The notes beneath the pieces were generated by a model. It did not search any database, was not told where the DNA came from, and saw nothing but the letters and a program-made list of their open reading frames with translations. Shown here piece after piece: positions 38,979 to 50,203 of a stretch of DNA of 64,000 nt. The stretch covers positions 18,726,001 through 18,790,000 of the forward strand of contig CM097885.1 of assembly GCA_044892525.1 (NCBI GenBank). Reading direction: 5' to 3'. How positions within the stretch are numbered: position 1 is the stretch's first letter; each line of letters starts with the position of its first letter. Source of the DNA: Schmidtea polychroa. Its lineage: Eukaryota. The translations under genes and the position numbers were made by a program.

Positions 38979-40928
38979 TTATTTTTATAACAACTTCAAA
39001 AATTGAGCCGTTTACTAGAATATTTAAACACCGAGGCGTGATAATTATTAATATTAATGTAATTACTGGTCATACATTTAATTGATTTAATTTAATATAA
39101 TTTAATATAATATGATATAATTTAATATAGAATTTAAATATACAAATTTAACAGAAATAATTATTTCTACTAACTGATCTCACTTCTACCATTTAACCAT
39201 AATAATTTTATATAGAGATTTACTAACTCCTTACAATAATATTGATAAATGCATGTCAGGCAGTGACCTGCAGTTGTCAAGGCTGTGGGCTCTATGACAA
39301 TGATGATTTTACTTTCAAATAAGACTCAAGACTGGCTTAGTTCGTGTATCAGAATACGAGCACTACGACCTGAGTCACTCTTGTGGAAAGGAAAAGAAAA
39401 AAAACATCGCAATATTAATGTATTAGAATTATAATAATACAAACATAATCGACAAATATCCTTTAACTTGGATTTTAACTTAGATTTAACTTGGATTCAC
39501 AATCGACAAATATGGTTCAAAACTTTTTGGCATAAAGAGAATAAGTTTGTGACGAAAATGTGGCGGTATATATACCTATTCTTGTGTGTTCGAGTACGTG
39601 TGTATGTATTGTTGCATAAAACAAACTCGAAATCTTTTTAATTCTAGAACATTTTATTTTTGATTTGTGATGATTTTAATGGCAATTCTTGTGCCATAAT
39701 TTTTGTTTTTATTTTTAAAATTTTATTTTTTAATTAGTTTTCGTTAAATTTGCCTCCATGATGGATTTAGGCATTTCCAGAACATTCCATATTAAATTAA
39801 AGTTAATTTTTATTTTAGAATCGTTTTTCTGAATTTTTTTCTTGAATTTTTATTTTTTAAACTAATTTATTTATTTTTATTAACTTTATTGTATTGAATG
39901 GCTTCCATGATGGATTTCGCCATTTTTATGAATTGTTCTGGATTTTTGGCTAGAATTTAGTATTTCTACAGTTTTTCTACATTATTCAAGTTTGTTTTTG
40001 TATTTTTATGTTTCTCTGTTATGTTTGAGTTAATTTCCTGTGATACATCTTGCATTTATTTGATTTTATTTGTAATTTAAATGTTTTTATTTTCTGTTAT
40101 TTTTCTACTAATTATTATTGTTTATTTGATGTTGTCTATTTTTATTTACGTAAACTTACTGCTGGGTGTGCATGTTATGTACCACCACATTTCATCACTT
40201 TTTCCAAGATTTTGGGTCTAGAATGCAGTTCTAGCCCAACACATGCTTATTAAATTACTAACTTAGAGGGTGTACGAATTTTTTTCGCCGAAGCTTTCCA
40301 CATATAGACACCCGAGTGTTAGGGCATGTTTCCTTCACTAGCTATCATCCACAGTGGGCACAAGGTGCAACAGTGTGAAATGTGCAGATAAACTGCTTAC
40401 AACTCCTCGTAAGTCCCAATGTAATGTTTTACTGACTTCCAGTTTAGCTTGGTGACTTGAGACAAAAAATTTTATGATTTTATTCATTGAAAGTATTGTC
40501 GTCTAGTGAAACTAGAAAACAAAAATCAAATTAGTGGTATGTCATAAAACTAATAAAAAGATTCTTACTTTCAAAGTCAAAGCGCCTTATTACAAAATTT
40601 AGAAATTTTGGTATACCAAAAAATTCTGCACTAAATTGTGACCGTTTATATACTCTAATTTTTGTTTGCAAGTATGTGTGCGTGCATTGATGCAGTAAAT
40701 TAAATTCGAATTATTTTAATTATATTTAATTTTGACTCTAATTTTTATCAATTTTTTATTATTTATGATTTTATTTAATTCGTTTTGCTTTCTTTGATTT
40801 TACTTCACTTAGGACTATATCTGTGTGCATTTCGATCGCAACCCACGTTTACACGAGTAACAAATCAGCTTTTGCAAAAAATACGAAAGGTATAAATGGT
40901 AAGATGATGAGGGTACAGTAAGAAAATA

Positions 40929-41133
40929 GGGCGCTACACCTTTTACGGTAACTCATAAACCCCAGGGAATGTTAGGCCATTGGAAATTCTTATGTTAGGG
41001 CTCACATTTTATTGACCCCATGGCGCTTGCGACGGACGTTTAGTGATTAAATAAAATAATTATGCTCAGTTATCAGGGGAATGTAGGTATTACCAAAGCA
41101 TTGTCAAGGTTTCCTATACACGAACCCACCAGT
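40929..41133 (+). ncRNA. Degenerate copy C of a putative structured non-coding element
   Basis: acaccttttacggta ... gctcac ... aacccacca in the same order as in 53617-53822(-). Confidence 0.4.
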
Positions 41134-41734
41134 TTTCAGGTTGAGTCTCATCGCTCCTTGTGAGCGGGGGATTTTGATGTCGGAAACATTGAGCAGAGAA
41201 ACACAGAGACTCCAATTAGATGAGTGGGAAGAAAGGTCTTTCGAATCCGGATCCGGTCTCTACTCCATGCGCTTTGACAAACGTACAATGATAATTTTAA
41301 AAAATCCGTATTTTAAGAACCAGTTCTTCATACCAAAATTATTTTAGCAACAGGCTTGACAGGACAGTGCGAATCCATAGCAGCACATTACTATATGCAA
41401 ATAGCCATTACTAAAGTTAAACTTAATAACGATTTTAGTTAAATGGATGAAAGCTTTTGAAGAAATTGTTTATAATAGAAAATTTAAAATAGAATTTATA
41501 TTTCTAACTCTTAATAATAATTTCCAAATTTCTGATTGTAAGTAAATTCTTAATAAATCTAAAATATATATTAATATATTAAGATAATTTTATTTCTAAA
41601 TTAAATTACGATAAATTAAATTTCTAAATTTGAAACATCATCAATTTAAAATTATTTTATTTTATTAATTTTTATTATTTTCGTTTGTTTAAAAATTAAT
41701 ATTGAAGTATAAAATTAAAATATATAAATTAAAT

Positions 41735-42922
41735 ATGACTGCCGACTGGAATTATGACTCTGATGATGATCAAAAGAAAAATAATTTATCTAGTACTTCA
41801 CGGAAAAAGTCAGGTTCAAGTAAATCACCTGAGTCAAAAGTTTTTTCAGATACTGATGGTGCAAACAATTTATCTAAGGGAATTAGCAATCGTTCCAAAA
41901 CTAATCCAACTCCTGATCCATCAACTTGTATTGGAATATTCGGATTATCGAAAAAAACTAGCGAGCGTACATTATGGAAGACTTTTGGGAATTTTGGTAA
42001 GATTAAAAGTGTATCACTTATTGTAGATAAGTTCACGAAGGAATCACTTGGATTTGCATTTATTAATTACGAAGTGCTAGATTCCGCATCAAATGCTATT
42101 AAAGAAACAAATGGAATGACTTTGGATTCTAAAGTTGTTCGGGTTGATTATAGCATAACAAAAAAGGCTTATACGCCAACTCCTGGCAGTGGTTATAAAG
42201 GAAAAATTATCAGCCGGGGAGCTAGAGATATGAAAAAAAATTTTAAAAGAAAATATTCACCGAGGTCCCGATCAAGAAGTACAAGCAGAAAGCGGTCAGC
42301 AATGAAATATTTAAGTTCAAGACATTCACCCGTTGCTCCAATGTATATTTCAGATAAGAAAGATTCATTTAGAAGATATGAATCTAGAAGGCATTCTCCA
42401 GAACCTCGCTTCGAAATGCACTATTCCTCACATAGAAATGTCAGAGACTACTCTCCAATAAATAGAGAACAAAGAGGCTTCTCTCCTAGTAGAGATGATG
42501 CAAGAAATTATTACTCTGATAGACCGATTTATCCAACAAGGAATTATTCTCCTCCAAGAGATTTCCGTCGAGGTTATTCTCCAAGAAATGATTTAAGAGG
42601 TAACTCGCCATTCAAAACAAAATACAGTGAGTTTTGTCCCAGTGAAGATATGAGAATCGGTTTTCAGCCTATGCCTAATGATATAAATGACTACTCTATT
42701 AGGCAAGTGAGGGAGTTTTCTCCTGCAAGAAATGGTGGACATGTTTATTCCTCAGTTAAAAACTTTAGGAATATCAGCCCTATGAGGAAAGGTGTTAGAG
42801 TTTATTCTCCAACCAGGGAGTTAACCCCGGTTAGGTATGGGTACAGACAATATTCTCCCGTTAGAGTTGAAAAATATAAAGATCGCATCGCGGTTGACGA
42901 TAATCAGCAATTTTTTTACTGA
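41735..42922 (+). CDS. tra2: Transformer-2-like RRM / RS-rich splicing regulator, intronless, 395 aa from first ATG
   Basis: PDPSTCIGIFGLS..TSER.L..F..FGKI..V.LIVD..SLGFAFINY..NGMTLDSKVVRVDYSITKKAYTPTPG is the Tra2-specific RRM plus linker; RS tract follows. Confidence 0.9.
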   Translation: MTADWNYDSDDDQKKNNLSSTSRKKSGSSKSPESKVFSDTDGANNLSKGISNRSKTNPTPDPSTCIGIFGLSKKTSERTLWKTFGNFGKIKSVSLIVDKFTKESLGFAFINYEVLDSASNAIKETNGMTLDSKVVRVDYSITKKAYTPTPGSGYKGKIISRGARDMKKNFKRKYSPRSRSRSTSRKRSAMKYLSSRHSPVAPMYISDKKDSFRRYESRRHSPEPRFEMHYSSHRNVRDYSPINREQRGFSPSRDDARNYYSDRPIYPTRNYSPPRDFRRGYSPRNDLRGNSPFKTKYSEFCPSEDMRIGFQPMPNDINDYSIRQVREFSPARNGGHVYSSVKNFRNISPMRKGVRVYSPTRELTPVRYGYRQYSPVRVEKYKDRIAVDDNQQFFY

Positions 42923-44288
42923 GTTTGATTTTAAATTGTTAATTTGACAATTGTAATTTAAAGTTGTGGTGGAGAATATAAATTAAAATATGATGCTCAA
43001 TAAATATTAGTTGTATGTTTCGATGTAATTAGTTTTCTAATATTAACAAGATAATCGATGAAAAATTTTAATCCAAAACTTCTGGAAGACTGGAAAATTT
43101 TGGTTTATATTTATTTTGAATTTTATGAACATTTGTTTGCTTGTCCGGAGTTATAAGTGCAAGAAATTGTAAAGGTCAAAAATGAAGAAATTAATGTTGG
43201 AATGATAAATCAAGAAATAAGTCTTAAGCAATTCTTAATTTTGTTCAATTTATTTTTAATTAGAAGCAAATGTATTTTATATGATATTGAATTGCAGTTC
43301 TGATGAATTTTGTTTATAGTTAAATAAATGGCAGTATTTTTAGTAAACGTTTTTAAACTAATTTAAATTAACAACTTGCTTTACCAGATTTTTGCTTAAA
43401 GTTTGTTTTTACGTACTTTATTTCATCTTTAATTGGGAAATGAAATTAATATCATCGTTATTGTGTTAAGTATTAACTGTTGCAACTTTGGCGCCATTTT
43501 TGTTTTTGAAAATACATTTGTTTAAAATTTCACATTAATATGACCTTGAAATCTTTATAATTTTAATAATGCTAATAAATTAAAACCCCTAATATATTTT
43601 TGGAATTTTTACTATACTTTACAAAATTATTATTGTTTTTTTGATAAAAAATTGTAGTGTTTAAATTATAAGTCAATTATTTGCTCTGATGTTTTCTAAG
43701 ACTTTAGACTAGCAACTTTAACCGATGAATCTCGACCTAACAGATTAATTTATCGTTTTATAGGCTGATAAAATCTTTAAAAACAACAAATCACTTTCAG
43801 CCAGATTAATAATTCGTTCTTATAACTGCAAATTTCCCCCTCTCTAAAAATCATGTTATAAAGTAGAAATTGAAAGTAAACTAATTTTTAAGCGAATAAA
43901 TTTCATTTCTCTCGCAACAGCGTCATCTGATGTGTAATTTTCCACCTGGTTTGTGTCCCGTATGATACACCAACCGGCATTTGATTATCATCAAATGGCC
44001 ATTGATTTGCATATTTAATAATATAAATATTAACTTACCTATAATAAATGTGTGTGTGTCATAGCCAGAAGGGCCATTGATTTATCATGCGGACATTCAA
44101 TTAGCTCTTACACTATAGAAAGATAGAAAAAATCGCTGTTGGAAGAAAAATAAATAAATACATACAAACACGGTTCTATAATAAAAAATACACACTATAG
44201 GACATTGATTTATCATGCGGACATTCAATTAGCGAAAAATTTTCCATTTAAAATTAATTAATTATAAAAAAATATACAAGAATATGTC

Positions 44289-44720
44289 AGAAACTTCATC
44301 AGAATCGTCTATTTCATTTCAAGAAATACATAGATGAATTCTCTTCAATACATGGACGAACAAGAGCTTCGGTAGATCACGAGTAGGCAATAGAATTTAT
44401 AACAATATACCAACAAATCGAGGTCTCAATTTTCAAAGATGAGCTAATCCATTTACAATAATATATCTTCATTGACTATTCAAATAGAAAGGTTGCCATA
44501 TAATCCATTTTTGAACCCCATCGAAAGTGTTGAGCAAAATTAAAAATGGGGTAAGAACTAAAGTTTCTTCGGTTGATGGATTTTCCAGACAGATTTACCT
44601 TCGATGAATGATTTACTGCAATATTCCAAGCAGTTAACGAGGAACTTCGGAAACCAGATCATAATAATTTCAAAAATCATATTAATAATCATATTAAAGA
44701 TGCTTCCCTAAATTCTTGAT
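44289..44720 (+). pseudogene. Internally deleted Tc1/IS630 transposase relic
   Basis: IDE / FNTWTNKSFGRSRVGNRIYNNIPTNRGLNF ... RLPYNPFLNPIE, with frameshifts. Confidence 0.7.
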
Positions 44721-45235
44721 ATTTTAATAAAACTATGAAAAATTTAATGTATATTATAATAAATAAATAAATATCTTACTTCTTTATTCATTATTTTTAA
44801 AAAAATCTTAAAATTAACTAAAATCCAGAACAAAGCTTATTTGACAAAGCTAAATGAATGTCTCATTTATGATAATTAAATGCGCTTTGGTGTAGTGTCG
44901 AACGAAATCGTCAGTTTTTTGGGGAAATATATGCCGTCTACCAATTGGTCAGTTAATGAACGGTGATTAATTGTCGATTCTCGCGTCTGTGTGCGCTTTT
45001 TACTTGGTTGATTTGAATTGTGTGCGCACACAGACGCGGACTATTGTGAGTATTATTTTTAAGTTTATTTGATCGAGGTCAGAGTTTTTGATGGTATCGA
45101 GTTTTGGGTGGATGTTTCGAATGGTTTTTAAAAAGATATTTCTGATCGAGTTGAATCTTGAGTCTTCGAATTTTTGAAATTCCTGTGCTTTTGGCCAAAT
45201 ATATGATTTCAAATCAAGTTTTTGAGATTTCTTCA

Positions 45236-45660
45236 ATGGATTTAATTAACGAATCAAATGATCATGCTATTCAACGCAACAGGGGCGTTCACATATCTCA
45301 GAATGGTAAATGTGTGACGTGCAAGGATGGATTTATTGAAAGACTTGAATCTGATAACTCAATGGAAGGTAATGATGATGCCTTGAATGTTTTTCATATT
45401 ATTCGTCATGTTCCTGTTGGAAATACTACAAACGAAACTGATGGTTTCTTTTTTATGACTCCAAAAGATCCTGATGTTTTCAGATCAAAGTTTTGACAAG
45501 TGTGTAACGAGTATTAAGAATCAATTTGAACAAAATGGTCCTCCACTAGCAAATGAGGCAGATATTGAGAAATTACAAGTCAAGAAAATCACCGCAGCTA
45601 ATGATACAGGTTTCAGTTGTCTGTCAGATTATGAGGTGGCCGATGAAGTGTACGAGTTTC
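45236..45660 (+). pseudogene. RNF115/RNF126-like E3 ligase remnant (Zn ribbon + start of RING-H2), frameshifted at ~45480
   Basis: GKCVTCKDGFIERLE resembles CPRCESGFIEEL; IKNQFEQNGPPLANEADIEKLQVKKIT..SCLSDYEVADEVYE resembles [34 protein letters not shown]; RING truncated. Confidence 0.72.
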
Positions 45661-48179
45661 TCCGTCGAGAAACGCAGACGATTACTAAGACGATACTAAG
45701 GACCAATCTTCAAAGGACAATTAAACAAACGCAATGTGAACTTACATTCACTTTACTAGGCAATGATGCATATACGTCAAGAGGATAGTTTTCGACAAAA
45801 GGTGATCTCCGCTTCTCAGAACTACTAGTTCTCAGACACTTCTTGGTTTCATAGACCACCGTTATGTCTGTTTCAAGTGTGTGTGGTTCCTAATTTATTT
45901 CTTTAACAAACTTCACCCATAGGACATTTCTCTTAATTTCACGTAATTGTAACGTATCAATCTTTTATTAACCTGGTAATGATCAATCGACAATTAAATT
46001 TATTAAAAAGGAAACTAACTAAAAAATGAATTCCCTATTGTTAAAGCTTAGGGTTGAACTACTTGCTATCTCTAAGGAGATGACGTGGTCTATAGCGATT
46101 ATTAGGATACCCTTAGAATAACCTTATTGTACCCTTGTAAACTGTATACAACTCTCACTTTAGTACTATATGATGTGGTTAAAATTCAAAATTGGAACTA
46201 CTACTCGATTGATCTACTCTTTTTATCTCAGACTGCCAATAGAAGTGTTTGGCAAAAATTGATTTTAGACCCAAGTATAGGCATAAAGACAAAATACATA
46301 GGAACACACTAACATAGCACTAAGTTAAGCTAAATAAAAAACATGTGAAAGCATCAAATAAACAAAATTAATAGAATTCACATCAGACAAGTAATAAATC
46401 AAAATTTAAAGATAAAAATCAAACAAAAGCAAGAAGTATTACATAAAATCCACAACAGAAGTAAACAAATTTTAATTAACGTTGATAAAGAGAAAAAAGG
46501 AACTGAAATCAGAAAGATTTCCATAAAATGATATCAAAAAGCAAATTAGAAATAAAATTTATGACAAAAACAAATGAGAAATCAAAACATTTGCAAAAAT
46601 CCATCATGGCCGCCAAACACCTTAACAAATTTAACAAAAAATAAACATTTGGAAATTAAAATTAATAAAAAGTAAAAATAAGTAACACAAAATTACCAGA
46701 AAATAAGTATTGCATATTAAATATACTGAAAACAACATAGAATAATCTGGGGAAACGCTCATATACATCATGGCGGCAAATCTAATTAAAAATAAATAAA
46801 ATTTGGAATATAAATACAAGTAGATTTTAAAAGTTAACCTTGATGTGTTCAGAGCATGCAGAAAAGAGAGAAACAATATTCAACCAATATGGATGCAGAG
46901 GCTGGCACATCATCTACAGACTGCTATAGGGCGTCTCAACGCGAACAGGATGTTGTGGTTTGGCTCATTCTAAGAGCAATTTTCAATAGCCATGTAGAGG
47001 CTAGGACATAAATAATAATAAGAATAAGTATAAATAATTAATAATTACTAAAATTAGAATAAATTAATATAAATAGTTTAGATAAATAAATAATTACTAT
47101 ATATGGAATAATTAATTACTATAAATAATAAAGACAAGTAGAATACTATAATAAGTAATTCATAAATAAATATATGTATAAATAGTAATATATAATTACT
47201 AAAATTAGTATTTACAATTATTAAATTAATATAAATAAGTCAGAATTTCTTAGTTAAGGGAGAAATAAATATTGTACGGTGCTGACAAAATCGATAACGA
47301 TTAAGCAGTGATTTACAGGAAAATTCTTTTCTACCAGTTTGTGAAGTTTATCATTGCAGAGAAAATAGCAGCAGTTACCAAGGCAATTAACCAGTCACAG
47401 TAGGTAGTTAGGAGCCCACTGCCGCAACCCCCCCCCCCCCTGCGGCAACTTTTTTTTTGCGGTAACTTTTTTATTACGCAATTGTTCCACACTATAGTGA
47501 GAGGGTCTCGATGGTCCTGGGATTTTCAATACAAAAAAAATTTTTTTCAATACAAAAACGATGGTCCTGGGATTTTCAATACAAAAAAATTTTTTCAATA
47601 CAAAAATCCGACTATCACTAAAAAAGCATGGAATTTTCAGACTATAGTGAGGGGGTCTCGATGGTCCTGGGATTTTCAATACAAAAAAAAATTTTTCTAT
47701 ACAAAAATCCGACTACCACTAAAAAAGCATAGAATTTTCACACTATAGTGAGGGGGTCTCCTTGGTCCTGAGTATTTCAATACAAAAATCCGACTACCAC
47801 TAAAAAAGTATGGAATTTTTCGCACTATAGTGAGGTGGGTCTCCTTGGTCTTGAGAACTTCAATAAAAAAAGGTGGTCTACACTAAAAAAGCCACGGATT
47901 TTTCAGACTATAGTGAGGTGGGTCTCCTTGGTCCTGAGAATTTCAATAGAAAAAGGCGGTCTTCAATAAAGAAGCATGGTAATTTAAGGTCTCAGGATTT
48001 TTTCAATACAAAAAGGCGGTCTTCAATAAAAAAGCATGGTAATTTAAGGTCTCAGGATATTTTCAATACAAAAATCCGACTATCAATAAAAAAGCATGGA
48101 TTTTTCGAATTAAATTAAGGTGGGTCTCCCTGGTCCTGAGAAAAAGGTGGTCTACACTAAAAAACGTGGTAAATTTTTC

Positions 48180-48760
48180 AATTAAAGTAAATTATGGCTC
48201 AAATTTTTGAATTACAGTAAATTATGGTCCAAATTTTTCAATTACAGTAAGTAATGGGTCTAAAAATTAAATTACAGTTAATTATGGTCCTAAAAAATTA
48301 AATTACAGTAAATTATGGTTCTAAAAAATTAAATTACAGTAAATTATGGCTCAAATTTTTAAATTACAGTAAATTATGGCTCAAATTTTTCAATTACAGT
48401 AAATTATGGTTCTTAAAAATTAAATATACAGTAAATAATGGTTCTAAAAAATTAAATTACAGTAAATTAAGGTCAAAAATTTTGAATTACAGTAAATTAT
48501 GGTTCAAATTTTTCAATTACAGTAAGTAATGGGTCTAAAAATTAAATTACAGTTAATTATGGTCCTAAAAAATTAAATTACAGTAAATTATGGTTCTAAA
48601 AAATTAAATTACAGTAAATTATGGCTCAAATTTTTCAATTACAGTAAATTATGGTTCTTAAAAATTAAATATACAGTAAATAATGGTCCAAATTTTTAAA
48701 TTAAAGTAAATTAAGGTTCTAAAAATTAAATTAAAGTTAATTAAGGTCCAAATTTTAAAT
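48180..48760. repeat. ~29-30-bp tandem array (aattacagtaaattatggt(c/t)c(t)aaaaaatta)
   Basis: About 20 degenerate units just inside the left TIR. Confidence 0.9.
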
Positions 48761-49074
48761 TAAGTAATCAATGGTAAAAAATTTTAAATAAGTAAATTAA
48801 AGTAAATTAAAGTAAATTAAAGTAAGATTTTAAAATTTAATTACAAAATAATAGAAGGTGTTTGAGAATTGAAATTTTTTAATGAAATTTTTTATGAAAT
48901 AATTTTTAAGTAATTTTTAATAGAAATTTTAATGAATTATTTTTCAATGGTAATTTTTAATGGAAATTTTTATGAAATATTTTTCAATGATAATTTTAGA
49001 TGGAAATTTTTAAGATAATTTTTAATGAAAATTTTTATGAAATATTTTTCAAAGATAAATTTTAATAATAATTC

Positions 49075-49745
49075 AACAACAAACCAACAACTTAGTACCA
49101 ACAACCAGTAACTTACGAACATGTATTAACAACCAGATACCTACAACTAGTTACTAACAACCAGTTACCTGATACCAAGTACCTACAACTAGATACTAAC
49201 AATATGTTACCAGATACCAAACACTTACATCTAGTTACTAACAATCAGTTACCTGCTACCTAGTACTTACAACTAGTTACTAACAACCAGATACCTGATA
49301 CCAAGTACTTATAACTAGTTACTAACAACCAACTACTTACAACTAGTTACTAACAACCAGTTACCTGCTACCAAGTACTTACAACAAGATACCAAGTACT
49401 AAGCACTGTCAACTAGATACCAAGCACTGACAACCAACATCAACCAGGTACTAAGCATTAATTACCAACTACTAAGTACCTACCAAGTACATACAACCAA
49501 CATCAACCAGATACCTACAACTAGATACTAACAACCAGTTACCAAGTACCTACAACCACCTACCCATTAACTAGCTACAACCAGCTAACAACTAGCTACC
49601 AACTACCAAGTACTAACAACCAACAACCAGCTAACAACTAACTACCAGATACCAACTACTTACAACCAACAACTAAGTACTAACAACCAGCTAACAACTA
49701 CATACCTAGTACTAAGCATTGTCAACTAGATACCAACCAGATGAC
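49075..49745. repeat. Strand-biased degenerate array (caactagttactaacaaccag / taccaagtac)
   Basis: Direct inspection; related tracts at 50260-51100 and, reversed, 11915-12270. Confidence 0.85.
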
Positions 49746-50129
49746 CACATGAAATTATTGGTTAAATAAGTAAATTAATATTTAATTTTTAAATTAACTA
49801 ATCAATGGTCTAAAATATTAAAGTCAATTTAAGATGAAAGTTTTCTGGGATTTTCAATGTTAATTTTAGATGCAAATCTTCGTCAATTAATCAATGACCA
49901 CATGAAATTATTAGTTAAATATGAAAATAAGGATTATATTTAGTTGTTAAATTAAGAAATAAAGGATAAATAGGTAAATTAAGGATAAGTAAATTAAAGA
50001 AAACAATGGTTTAAATTTTAAATTAAAGCTAAATGAGTAAATTAAAGTAAGATTTTTAAATTTATTATCAAAAGATTGAATAACCACCAACTTTTTTGAG
50101 AAATGTAATTTTTAATGAAAATTTAAATG

Positions 50130-50131
<2 letters not shown>

Positions 50132-50200
<69 letters not shown>
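50132..50200. repeat. (AAT)n microsatellite
   Basis: Direct inspection. Confidence 0.97.

Positions 50201-50203
<3 letters not shown>

Larger units (their letters stand above)
34690..39235 (-). mobile_element. Young Gypsy LTR retrotransposon with a 5' internal deletion and one nonsense mutation
   Basis: 3' LTR 34690-34973; 5' LTR ~38958-39235, near identical but U5 end lost; PPT AAAGAAGGGGGGA; 5-bp TSD ATAAT (34685-34689 / 39236-39240). Confidence 0.96.

Noticed and set aside
47395..48118. Repeated MKIPGPSRP / MFHTIVRGSRWSW ORFs (also 15551, 52855, 52924)
   Set aside because: Incidental translations of TIR subrepeats on both strands.
47488..48150. CRISPR-like look of the regularly spaced repeats (also 52587-53060)
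   Set aside because: Intervening sequences are themselves repeated rather than unique spacers, there are no cas genes, and the array is part of a TIR.
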